A stretch of DNA of 64,000 nt, taken from an uncultured Gemmatimonadales bacterium. GTDB taxonomy: Bacteria; Gemmatimonadota; Gemmatimonadetes; Gemmatimonadales; GWC2-71-9. Below the pieces are notes generated by a model, which saw only the letters and a program-made list of their open reading frames with translations, had not been told where the DNA came from and made no database searches. The position numbers and the translations under genes were made by a program. The DNA is taken from the NCBI GenBank assembly GCA_963771275.1, contig CAVYSW010000003.1:1408001-1472000 (forward strand). Direction: 5' to 3'. Shown here in pieces: positions 48,761 through 58,403 of this stretch. How positions within the stretch are numbered: the first letter of the stretch is position 1; each line of letters starts with the position of its first letter.

Positions 48761-48830
48761 GATCCGGCTCGCGCTATATTGATGATATGCACATGACGTA
48801 CGTATGCGACCTTCGGAGGGACCTGCCTTC

Positions 48831-49037
48831 GTGAGTCCCAAGGTGCGGAAGACCCTCAACATCGACGCCGCCAAGCTGCGCCGCGCCAAGGAGTACCTCG
48901 GCCTCGATACCGAGACTGCGGTGATCGATCACTTGTTGGATCGGGTGGAATACGAGCGTGAGCTGGACGCGGTGCTGGCGCAGGCATCGGCATCCTGGAA
49001 GCGGTTTCGGTCACCGCTCGCCGAGCGTCGTGGATGA
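48831..49037 (+). CDS. vapB: VapB-like antitoxin
   Basis: RKTLNID...A...LG..TET; stop overlaps the PIN gene start. Confidence 0.75.
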   Translation: MSPKVRKTLNIDAAKLRRAKEYLGLDTETAVIDHLLDRVEYERELDAVLAQASASWKRFRSPLAERRG

Positions 49038-49447
49038 GGGTGGTCCCGGACACCAACGTCTGGATCGGTTGGTTCCGGTCTGGCGAAGTCCCGCGGCCTC
49101 TGCCCGTGACACCTCGGCCGGTCGTTCTCGTGTCGTCGATCGTCCTCCAAGAGCTGTGGGCCGGCGTCCGATACGATGCCGAGGCGCGGGACCTGGACCG
49201 GCTCTATCGAGTCGCGTTGCGCCACCGCACCATATTGACCCCGCCGCCCGCCGCGTGGATTCTGGCGGGTCAGGTGCTGGCCCGTCTCCGGGCGCGCGGC
49301 TCACTGCGCGCTGCGCGCCTCCGAGCTCTCCGGAACGACGTCCTCCTCGCCGCCTCCGCGCTCCTGGCCGGCGCCGCCATCATGACGCACGACCGATCGG
49401 ACTTCGAGCTCATCGGCCAGGAGTTGGCAGTGTCGATTGTCGAATAG
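49034..49447 (+). CDS. vapC: PIN-domain (VapC) toxin
   Basis: DTNVWI, ELWAG, NDVLLAASA, THDRSDF. Confidence 0.88.
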   Translation: MRVVPDTNVWIGWFRSGEVPRPLPVTPRPVVLVSSIVLQELWAGVRYDAEARDLDRLYRVALRHRTILTPPPAAWILAGQVLARLRARGSLRAARLRALRNDVLLAASALLAGAAIMTHDRSDFELIGQELAVSIVE

Positions 49448-51710
49448 CCCCTTCGCGCCCCGTGGCGGTCGTGACCGTCTCCCGCGGGACCTTGAGGTAA
49501 CGGTCGTACCAGCCGAGGATGCGGGTGTGATAGTCCCGCACCTCGGCTTCCGTCGTCGTGGGCATGCCGTGGCCGCCGTTGGTGTAGCTCACCCACTCCA
49601 CGCGCTTCCCCAGCCGCCTGAGCGCGTAGTACATCTCCATGGTCGTCCGCTCGGGCACGTTGGGGTCCTGGTGCCCGGTGAGGAGCAACAGCGGCGTGGT
49701 GATCCGGTCGGCGAACATCACCGCCGAATGCTCGACGTACTTGTTGGGCTGCTCCCAGAGCGTGGCGCCGATCCGGTCCTGGCTCCGCTCCGGCGCGTGG
49801 ATGTTCCGCGTGCCCAGCCGCGGCGAGTCCGTGTAGAAGCTGATCATGTCCACCTTGCCCGAGACGTTGATCGCCGCCGCGAAGCGCTTGGTCTGGGTGA
49901 TCAGCAGGTTGGTCGCGTAGCCTCCGTAGCTCGTCCCCTGAACGCCCAGGTGCTTGGGATCGGCGACCCCCATCTCGATCAGCTTGTTGGCCGCCGCGGT
50001 GACGCCCTTGAGCCAGGCCTCGCCGGGGTGCCCCCGCTCGAGGCTCACCGACGGCTGCGCCACCGCGTAGCCGTTCGATGTGAGAAAGCTCGTCGTGGCG
50101 TTGAAACGGTCGTCGAAGAAGGTCTCGTAGACGATGAACACGGTGGGCACGGGCGTCCCCGCCCGGTAGTCGAGCGGGTAGTACAGCACGCCGTACAGCG
50201 AGTCGCCGTCCGCGCCGAGGTAGCTGAACAGCGCGGTGCGGCCCAGCTTGGGCTTGATCCCGGGGTTGGCCTCCGTGAGCCGCCGCACCGACTGGAACGC
50301 GCGATCGGCCAGGTACACGTCGCCGGGATGGTTGCCCTCGGCGATCGTGAGCACGAGCGATGAGCCGTCGGCCGCAAGCCGCACGCCGCCGTACTGGCGC
50401 CCGTCCTTCACGAGTTGATCCAGCCGGCCCGTTCGGCGGTCGTAGCGCGCCAGCCCGCGCTCCCACTGTGTCCGGGAGGCGTAGCTCAGGTAGAGGTCGT
50501 TCCCGTCCCTGCTCCAGGCCACCACCTCGTAGCGCGGCGACGTGCGGTCGTCCTCGCCCTGCGGCGCTTCCAGGAACATTCGTCGCTCGCCTGAAGCGGT
50601 CTGAATCAGCCAGAATCCCTGCTTGTTCGTGGCCACCAGCACGTCCCCGGTTTCGCTGAGCCGCACGGGTGTAAACCGCTCCTTCTCCCGCCGCTCGCGC
50701 TCGGCCGCCCGCGCGGCGCTGTCGGCCGGCTCCTGGCCGGGCTTGGGCGCGTCCTCGCCGGTGAGCTTCCTGGGCGCGCTGTCGGTGACCGAGCCCACGA
50801 AGATCTTGCCGTCCTTGGCGTAGGCGTAGGTGCGTCCGTCGCCCGACCAGCGCAGCGTCAGGCCTTTCGTGCTGGGAATGAGCGTCTTCGTGTCGGCCCC
50901 GCTCACAGCGCGCACGAGGACCTTGTTCTCGCGCCCCTGGATCTCGGCGTAGTCCGTCTTGGCGGTGATGTCCTCCTCGTAGCGGAGCAGCGCGCCGTCG
51001 GACGTGAGCGCCGCGGCGGCCAGCCTGGTCTCGGGCAACAGCTCCTCGACCCGCCCGCTGGCCACGTCGTACGTGGCGGGGATCGCGAGCAGCGAGCGGC
51101 GGCGGATCTCCTCCCACGAGAGAAACGGATCGTCGCTCGACTGGACCACGATCGGCCCCTCGACCTCGTGGAGGAATCGCTCGCGCGCGTCGCGCCGCCA
51201 CTGCGCCGTGCGCATGGCGAACAGCAGCTTCGTTCCGTCGGCGGTCCACTGGGGCGGCGAGCCGTCCGAGACGATGCGGTCCTTGAGGAGCGTCACGAAG
51301 CGCAGTCGCCCGCGCTCCCGCTCCCACAGGGCCAGCCTGAACGTCTCGCCCTCCAGCAGCAGGAACGCCAGCCGAGACCCGTCCGGCGACCAGGCGAATC
51401 CCTGGGCCTGGCGCTTCTCCGGAAACAGCCGCTGAGTCGCGCCCGTGCGGGTGTCAATCACCGTGAGGTCGGCGCGGCGCGGCGCGATGTACGTGGGATC
51501 GCCGAACCGGCTGTTGTCGATCCCCAGCCGGTCGCGCAGCGACGAGGTCGCCACCACCAGCCAGCGGCCGTCGTCGCTCAGATCGCCGACGCTGACGGTA
51601 CGAACCGTGAGCACGTCGTCCAGCGTGAAGCGTGGCGCTGCCTGCGCGGGCAGGCGCAGCGGCGCCAACGCGACGAACAGCACCAGCGCGGCACGAAAAC
51701 GGGCGAGCAT
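49410..51710 (-). CDS. S9 family peptidase, exported
   Basis: GTSYGG, GHQDPNV, NGGHG; signal peptide. Confidence 0.93.
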   Translation of the reverse strand: MLARFRAALVLFVALAPLRLPAQAAPRFTLDDVLTVRTVSVGDLSDDGRWLVVATSSLRDRLGIDNSRFGDPTYIAPRRADLTVIDTRTGATQRLFPEKRQAQGFAWSPDGSRLAFLLLEGETFRLALWERERGRLRFVTLLKDRIVSDGSPPQWTADGTKLLFAMRTAQWRRDARERFLHEVEGPIVVQSSDDPFLSWEEIRRRSLLAIPATYDVASGRVEELLPETRLAAAALTSDGALLRYEEDITAKTDYAEIQGRENKVLVRAVSGADTKTLIPSTKGLTLRWSGDGRTYAYAKDGKIFVGSVTDSAPRKLTGEDAPKPGQEPADSAARAAERERREKERFTPVRLSETGDVLVATNKQGFWLIQTASGERRMFLEAPQGEDDRTSPRYEVVAWSRDGNDLYLSYASRTQWERGLARYDRRTGRLDQLVKDGRQYGGVRLAADGSSLVLTIAEGNHPGDVYLADRAFQSVRRLTEANPGIKPKLGRTALFSYLGADGDSLYGVLYYPLDYRAGTPVPTVFIVYETFFDDRFNATTSFLTSNGYAVAQPSVSLERGHPGEAWLKGVTAAANKLIEMGVADPKHLGVQGTSYGGYATNLLITQTKRFAAAINVSGKVDMISFYTDSPRLGTRNIHAPERSQDRIGATLWEQPNKYVEHSAVMFADRITTPLLLLTGHQDPNVPERTTMEMYYALRRLGKRVEWVSYTNGGHGMPTTTEAEVRDYHTRILGWYDRYLKVPRETVTTATGREGAIRQSTLPTPGR

Positions 51711-51833
51711 GGATGCCTCGGGGAGGGAGAGCCGGCGGAAGGTAGCATTGGGCGGCGGGGCGGGACAGCACGTCCCGCACCGCCGGCTCCATGTAAGGCG
51801 GCGACCGGTGTGGCGGTCGGGAATCCTAGGCTG

Positions 51834-52683
51834 TCACTTCAGGCGGCCCAGCTCCGCTTCCGACGCGATGAGTCCGAACGCGGGCCAGCCGCCTGACTTG
51901 ACCGAGCGCTCGAACCATTCACGGGCGTGAGTCGTGTCGCCGCGCACCAGATACCAGTTGCCCACCCCGTAGCTCAGCGTTGCGATCTGGATGTCCGCCG
52001 TATCGGCGGGCGTCATGACCTGGTCGGGAGTGATCTCCCCGCGATAGAGGCTCAGCCGCCGCGTGTACGCGTTGTCGACAGGGATCGAATCGGCGTTCTG
52101 CTCGAGCAGGGCCTGCGCGGCAGCGGCGCGGCCGGCGCGCGACAACGCCATCCACGACCAGTCGAGGGACCCGGCCCGCTCCCCCGGCTCGGGTGCCAAC
52201 GGCAGCGCGTGCGCAAAGGCGTCCGCGGCGCCGTCGAAATCGCCGGTCACGTACTTCACGATGCCAAGGTGGTACCAGCCGCCGTAGAGCGTCGAGTCGA
52301 GCGCGAGCCCCCGCTCCAGGTCGGCACGGGCGCTGTCGAGCTGACGGACCGAGAGGTAGCGGTGCCCACGCCAGCGGTAGAGCACCGCGCTGTCGGGCGC
52401 GATCCCGATGGCGCGGGTGAACGTGGCGATCGCCTCGCGGTACTGCCGGATGGCCGATTGGGCGAGGCCGAGCTGGATGAGGCGGTCGACGTTCCGCGGG
52501 TCGGCCGCGAGCGTGGACTCCGCGCGCGCCACCGCCGCCCGTGTCAGCTTGCGCGTAGTAGGCGACGCCCGCGGGGGACCGATACTCGGCCGCCTGCCGG
52601 GTGGCGGGCGTGGAGCACGCAACGCACAGGGGGGCTACCACCGAGAGGATCGCCAGATACCTGGCCGGAAGTCGTCCGCGCAT
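51834..52683 (-). CDS. TPR-repeat lipoprotein (+1 frameshift near 52540)
   Basis: Lipobox VAC start in one frame continues as ADT-AAVARAE...TPR repeats in another. Confidence 0.8.
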
Positions 52684-52754
52684 CAAGTCCGCTCCGAAGG
52701 GGATGCCATAATGTGCCGTCCGGGATCGCGCCGCGTAACCGTGTGGCGCCGCCG

Positions 52755-54306
52755 TCAGCGCGCCGACGTCGCCGTGATGAGTTGCGCGATGTTGGCCTTG
52801 AGCTTCACCAGCTCCGGCTCGAGCACGTACATCATGTGCCCCGCCTCGTAATAGCGCTGCTCGACGTGCGCGCGGATGCTGGCCGGGACGGCCAGGTGGT
52901 CGATGGTGTACTCGATGGCGAAGAACGGCGTCGCCAGATCGTAGTAGCCGTTCTCGATCTGGACCCGAAGGTTGGGGTTCGTGAGCAGCGCCTGCGCGAG
53001 GTCGGATCCCACGTAGGGAGCACCGCCGCGACCTCCGCCCCCGCCCCCGGCCTGCCCCTCGCGCGTCCAGTTCCAGCCGGGCGTGCCGCCCGAGAGGCTG
53101 TAGCGCTCGTCGGTCGTGAACTTGAGGTCCTCGCGCAGGTACGAGTTGATCGCGGCCGTGTAGGCGCTGCTGATCGCCGTGGACTGGGGGTCATAGTCGG
53201 CCGTCTCGGCGAGCTGGTCACCCATCGGCCCGTCGAATCGGGAGTCGAGCCGCCCGGTCGCCAGGCCCTGGCGGCGCTGCAGCTCGGCCCGGAACTGGCC
53301 GAGGTTCACCCGCAGGTCCGCCTTGCCGAGATAGTCCTCCGAAAGGCCGGTGTACTGCGAGAGCTGCTTCAGCGTGGCGGCGCGGTCGGCGTCGGACAGG
53401 CTGCCGCCCTTGGACAAGGCGGCGAGGTACGGGCCCAGCGCGTAGCGCCGCACTTCGTCGAGAAACGCGGAGAGATTCTGCGGCTTAGGTGTCAGCCCGT
53501 GGTAGGCTGCCGTCGCGGCGTAGCTCGGCAGGTAGAGCGCGTAGCCGATGTCGTGGCCCGGCGCGAACGCGAGCGTCTCGAAGTCGAGCACCGCGGAGAT
53601 CAGCACGACGCCGTTGAAGTCCATGCCCTCGCGCCGCTGCAGCCGGTTTACCAGCACGGCCGAGCGCGTGGTGCCGTAGCTCTCGCCGATCAGGTACTTG
53701 GGCGAGTTCCAGCGGGCGTTTTGGCTCACGTAGTGGCTGATGAAGCTGGCGAGCGACGCCGCGTCCTCGTCGATCCCCCAGAAGTCCCGGCCCGTGCCCT
53801 TGCCGACCACCCGGCTGAACCCGGTGCCGATCGGGTCGATGAAGACCAGGTCGGCCACGTCGATCAGGCTGCTGGCGTTGTCCACGCAGCTGGTAGGGCG
53901 CCGGCGGCGTGGGCGCGGCGTCGGTGGTGACGACGCGCCGCGGGCCGAAGGCGCCCATGTGCAGCCAGGCCGAGGCCGAGCCGGGGCCGCCGTTGTAGAC
54001 GAACGCGAGGGGCCGGCGGCTCACGTCCCTGACGTCGGTGCGCGTGTACGCCGTGTAGTAGAGGCTGCCGATGGGCTCGCCCCGGCCGTTGGTGAGCAGC
54101 ATGGTCGCGGCGGTCGCCCGGTAGGGGATCACCTGTCCGTCGATGCGGATGGTGTGCTCGGTGACGGAGGACATCTCCTTGGGCACCGGCAGTGGTGCGC
54201 CCTCCACCGCGGCCGAGTCGCGGATCTGGGCAGGCTGGCGTTGCGCCAAGGCCGGCACGGCGGACGCGAGGGCGAGCAGGGCGACCACGAAGCACGAACG
54301 GCGCAT
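52755..54306 (-). CDS. S10 serine carboxypeptidase (+1 frameshift near 53887)
   Basis: NGGPGS, FIDPIGTGFS, GESYG, GYYDLATP, AGHMMY split over two frames. Confidence 0.9.
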
Positions 54307-54379
54307 GGGATTCCCTCCGAGGGCTGGTGCTGGGCGGTGCGGACGGTACGGGCGGATCGCGCGAGAATATACGCCGGGC

Positions 54380-54422
54380 TTGCGGCGCTGGCGTCAGGTA
54401 TGGTAGTATGGCAATATGGCAT
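54380..54422 (+). promoter_or_regulatory. TA promoter with three 8-bp TATGG-core repeats
   Basis: TTGCGG-18-TAGTAT; tatggtag tatggcaa tatggcat overlap the -10 and the ATG. Confidence 0.65.
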
Positions 54423-54700
54423 CCAACAAGATGACCTTTACGCTGGACGCCGAGACCGTGGCGCGCATTGACCGCACGGCGGCCCGCCTGGGCACGTCGA
54501 AGAGCGGGGTGGTGCGAGAGGCCGTGCGTGAGTACGCGGCGCGGGTCGGGCGCCTGAGCGATGACGAGCGGCGCCGCCTGCTGGCCACGTTCGACGAGGT
54601 CGTGGCCCGCATCCCCAGGCGCGCGGCCGCCGCGACCGATCGCGAGATCGCCGCGGTGCGCGTGGCCCGCCGCGGTGGGGGCCGCAAGTCGCCCGCGTGA
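54416..54700 (+). CDS. Ribbon-helix-helix (CopG-like) antitoxin
   Basis: KMTFTLD...SKSGVVREAV. Confidence 0.85.
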   Translation: MASNKMTFTLDAETVARIDRTAARLGTSKSGVVREAVREYAARVGRLSDDERRRLLATFDEVVARIPRRAAAATDREIAAVRVARRGGGRKSPA

Positions 54701-55077
54701 TCCTGCTCGACACGTCCGCCCTGATTGACTGTCTCACCGGACCGCGGCGCTCGGCGCCCGCGGTCCGCCGCGCCCTGGCCGACGGTGAGCGCGTGGTGCT
54801 CGCGACCCTGGTGCTCTACGAGTGGCTGCGTGGGCCCCGCCTGCCGGAGGAGCTAGCCGCTCAGGAGGCGCTGCTTCCCCAGGCCGCCGCCATCCCCTTC
54901 GGCGCAGACGAGGCCCGCCGCGCGGCGGAGCTGTACCGTTCCGTGCCGGGTGCCCGTGGCCGGGAACCGGGCTTGGCCATCGCGGCGTGTGCGCTGGTGT
55001 GGGACGCGCGCGTGTGGACGCTCAACGTGGCGGACTTCCGGGACATCCCGGACCTGGTGGTGGAGCGGCCGCGCTGA
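54697..55077 (+). CDS. vapC: PIN-domain (VapC) toxin
   Basis: ILLDTSALI, YEWLRG, LAIAACA, TLNVADF. Confidence 0.88.
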   Translation: MILLDTSALIDCLTGPRRSAPAVRRALADGERVVLATLVLYEWLRGPRLPEELAAQEALLPQAAAIPFGADEARRAAELYRSVPGARGREPGLAIAACALVWDARVWTLNVADFRDIPDLVVERPR

Positions 55078-55425
55078 TCTGACGCATCGGGCTCGGCGAC
55101 GGCAGGTCCGACCTAGCCGGGGCCCTCCCGCTCAGCGACCGTCACCGCATGGCTCCCCATCGCGAGGAGTCGCCCAACCTCGCAGAACGCGGCCAACAAC
55201 CCCTGGTGCAGCCCAAGACTCCCGTGCCCAGGATTCAGGGCGGGGGCGCAAGCGGCTTACGCCGGCGGCCGGCCGGATGGAATAGGGTGGTCGCCGCTGT
55301 CGCGGCTCCCGCTCCCCCTGACGCCAGAACGCTCTTGCAGGCCGCGGACGCTCGGTCCTGCCGCACCGCTGTTCAATCTCGTCCAGGATTCGACGGTCGT
55401 CGCCGAGTCGCTGCTGCGCGAGGTC

Positions 55426-56844
55426 GTGGTGCAGCTGCCCGCGAGCGGCAGCGCCGACAGCGATCTTGTGGCCAACCTGTGGCTTCCGGGGGAGCTGAGC
55501 GGGCCGGCGATCATCGAGGTGGCGGGCCCGTTCCAGCTCGATGCCGGGACCCTGCCCGTCACGGACGCCCTGACGAGTGGGGCCTTGCTCTGGTACGAGG
55601 AGTCGATCATCACGGCGCCTCCCATACGGCCCCCGTCGGGAGCGCCGCCGTTGCGGTCAGGGCCGCTGCCCGGAGACCTCGTGCTGCTCACGCTCGTGCG
55701 GGAGGCCGCGCTGTCGTTCGAGGCGCTGGCCCCCGGCGACACGGCCGAGCGACTGGGTGTCGATCTCTCGGGGCCGCTCGACTCGGCCCGGTTCGTGGAC
55801 GCGGCCGCGGCGAGCCACGGCATGCAGCTGCGCTGGTGGTATTCCGATGGGGACCAGTCCCTGGGCTTCCCCGAGAACCTGGACTCGGCCTGTGCATTCA
55901 TCGGGCGCTTCGGGTGTGCGGCGCTGCCGCCGCGGGACAGCGCGCATCTGTCGAATGGGCAGCCGCACGGCGAGGTGCGGATCCGGGTGTACCGGGCGGG
56001 ACAGCCCGTGAATGTGGAGATTGACACGGTGTACGGTCCTAACCCCGGAACGGTGTACAGCCTGAGCGGTTCGTTTACCACCTTGGTGGGTGAGAATGTG
56101 GTGTTTCTACAGGCGAGTACCACCCCCACGGCGTTGGGACCAGGGGTAGCATGGGCCGTTGTCCCGGCGGCGCAGGCCGCAGCCGAGACCCAAGCTCCGG
56201 AGCCGCCTCCGCAGGGGGCAACCTCTCAGTTCAGCGTACCAACTCCATCGAACGCTGATGGCCGGTGGCAAGCATATGGGCATCCTGGCGCCCTGGAGGT
56301 GAAGAGGCTCGGCTACGAGGTGAGGGCGAGAGTGTCGAGTGGCGCCACACAATTGCAGAGCGGTCCGCTACGGGTGTACCAGGACGAGATCGACGTCGTG
56401 CGGCAGGAGTACATTGACCTGTCCGTTCTCAGGGGCGTCCCATCCAGAGGCCGTTTTCTGACAGAGCTGCCCACCGATCCCGGTCTGAATACTGGAGACT
56501 ACGGGCTCATGGTGTGGAACAACGACTTCGTGGTCCACCTGAACGACCTGTCGTTCCAGTGGACTGCTTTTGGCGAGTGGCGGATCAACAGTTACTATCG
56601 CAATCCGACACATCAGCGATTCCACATACCTGGCGCGAGCCGCCCGGGCCGAAATAGCTGGCACCTCTTTGGTTGTGCTGCTGACATTCAGACATTCGGT
56701 GATGACGCAGCTGCCAGGGACGAATTCTGGACGAAGCTTGCAAGCCTCGCCGACAGCCTCGGCTTTGACTACGTAGAGCCGCAGGCAGAGAGTGGAGTTG
56801 GGCACGTTCATGTCGAGTTCCATTTCTGCCAATTGAACCAATGA
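55426..56844 (+). CDS. Protein with C-terminal M15-type (D-Ala-D-Ala / peptidoglycan) zinc peptidase domain; true start probably upstream
   Basis: INSYYRNP, SWHLFGCAAD, HVHVE; frame stays open back to about 55285. Confidence 0.8.
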   Translation: MVQLPASGSADSDLVANLWLPGELSGPAIIEVAGPFQLDAGTLPVTDALTSGALLWYEESIITAPPIRPPSGAPPLRSGPLPGDLVLLTLVREAALSFEALAPGDTAERLGVDLSGPLDSARFVDAAAASHGMQLRWWYSDGDQSLGFPENLDSACAFIGRFGCAALPPRDSAHLSNGQPHGEVRIRVYRAGQPVNVEIDTVYGPNPGTVYSLSGSFTTLVGENVVFLQASTTPTALGPGVAWAVVPAAQAAAETQAPEPPPQGATSQFSVPTPSNADGRWQAYGHPGALEVKRLGYEVRARVSSGATQLQSGPLRVYQDEIDVVRQEYIDLSVLRGVPSRGRFLTELPTDPGLNTGDYGLMVWNNDFVVHLNDLSFQWTAFGEWRINSYYRNPTHQRFHIPGASRPGRNSWHLFGCAADIQTFGDDAAARDEFWTKLASLADSLGFDYVEPQAESGVGHVHVEFHFCQLNQ

Positions 56845-58376
56845 GCACTCCGCCAATGAAGCTCCCATCGTTCGTGTCCGTGGCCCGGTACCTCCTGACG
56901 GTCAGCCTGGTATGCGCTGGCTCGCTCCGCCCGCTGCTCGGACAACAATCGCCGCCAGAGTCTCTGCTGGTGCAGCTCCGCTCACCGGACTGGCTAATCC
57001 GCTCCGACGCGTTGGTTCGCTTGGGCCGTCTGCCTCAGGACTCGCTGCCGGCCGGGTACGCCGACGCGATCGTTCAGTTGTTGGAGCAAGAAGCTGTGTC
57101 GCCTGATACTACGCAATTCGGGGAAGGCCATGGGGAGTACATGATTCAGGTTGTCGACGCGGCCCTGAGGCTTAGAGATCCGCGTACTCTTCGCGGGATG
57201 TCGGTTTGGGGCACCCAAATCAGCCGTGCAGCACGAGACTTTGTGGCCCAGCAGGGGAGTGCTGCCCTGCCATACCTTGACGAGGCATGGAATTCCCCCT
57301 ATGCCAGCCGCCATTTTGTGGTAATCACTTGGGCTCTGATGCTTGGGAAGTACAAGGACAGACTCAGTCCGAGCGAGCGCCAGTCTGTGCTTGCCGCTGT
57401 TCTGCACAGCGACTCCTTGGCCCTCATAGAATCGGCCAGCAGGATCCCATTACCGGAAGCAGTTCCGCTCCTTGAGGGTATGGCTTCAAATGCTGGCTCG
57501 AGAATCTTGCGGGTTTCCGCAGACCAGACTGCAGCCGCTTTGCGCCCACTGAGGGAAGCTCTTGCCCCGGCGGAGGTCGTGCAGAAGATCTCCGACGTAC
57601 TGGGAGCGCTGTGCGTGGGGGCCCAGGCGGCCCGCAACGACGCGTGTGTTTCGCTTTCGAGCAACCTTACTGAAGCGACGACGCTGATCGAAGCCAACCA
57701 AACGGCCGCCGCCCGTGATAGGCTCATGGCGTTCGCGGCTGAGGTCGATGCCGGCCTTCAGCAAGGGCTCTGGAACGACGGCGAGCGTCGACTCCTCGGG
57801 GACAACGCACGGTACCTCAGTTCCCGCCTCGCCATTGCCCTCTTCCTCGAGGGCGCCGGCGCCACGGCCAATCCGCCGACCCTCTCCCTGTCAACGAGCG
57901 CCCCGACCAGCACCACCGCGAAGTACAAGGACTCTCCCGCGATCACGTTCGCCGGGGGCAACCCCTGGGCCGAGATTGGCACTTGGTCCGCCCCCCCCGC
58001 GCTCGTGAGCGGTACGTTGGCGGCGCTCGGCGGCGCCCAGCTCTGGCTCGGCCTCAGGAACAGCGATGACATCGGCACGAACTTCGATCTGCGGGTCGAG
58101 GCGTACGAGAACGGTGGCCTAGTGGCGTCGGGGGAGACGCACTGCATCCAGGGGCTCACGCGCAACGCCAATCAGGCGCACGAAGTCGCCGTGGCGTTCG
58201 ACGCCTTCCCGGCCACGGCCTTTGACGGGACGAACGACGTGCTGAGCCTCAGAGTCCTGACACGGATCGGGACGACGGAGACGGGGGCGTCCTGCGGGGG
58301 GCATCACAATGCCGTGGGACTCAGGCTCTACTTCGACGCCACGACCCGGCCGGCGCAGCTCACCGCCACGTTCTGA
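56841..58376 (+). CDS. Exported HEAT-repeat protein with a helical (FIMAH-like) domain and a C-terminal beta domain
   Basis: Signal peptide, LRSPDWLIRSDALVRL, LRDPRTL, AVPLLE; ATGA overlap with the upstream gene. Confidence 0.7.
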   Translation: MSTPPMKLPSFVSVARYLLTVSLVCAGSLRPLLGQQSPPESLLVQLRSPDWLIRSDALVRLGRLPQDSLPAGYADAIVQLLEQEAVSPDTTQFGEGHGEYMIQVVDAALRLRDPRTLRGMSVWGTQISRAARDFVAQQGSAALPYLDEAWNSPYASRHFVVITWALMLGKYKDRLSPSERQSVLAAVLHSDSLALIESASRIPLPEAVPLLEGMASNAGSRILRVSADQTAAALRPLREALAPAEVVQKISDVLGALCVGAQAARNDACVSLSSNLTEATTLIEANQTAAARDRLMAFAAEVDAGLQQGLWNDGERRLLGDNARYLSSRLAIALFLEGAGATANPPTLSLSTSAPTSTTAKYKDSPAITFAGGNPWAEIGTWSAPPALVSGTLAALGGAQLWLGLRNSDDIGTNFDLRVEAYENGGLVASGETHCIQGLTRNANQAHEVAVAFDAFPATAFDGTNDVLSLRVLTRIGTTETGASCGGHHNAVGLRLYFDATTRPAQLTATF

Positions 58377-58403
58377 GGTAGCTCAGCCCTCACAGCTTTG
58401 GCC

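Noticed and set aside
52530..53890. Programmed ribosomal frameshifting in the TPR and S10 genes
   Set aside because: No slippery heptamer or stimulatory structure seen; sequencing error is simpler.
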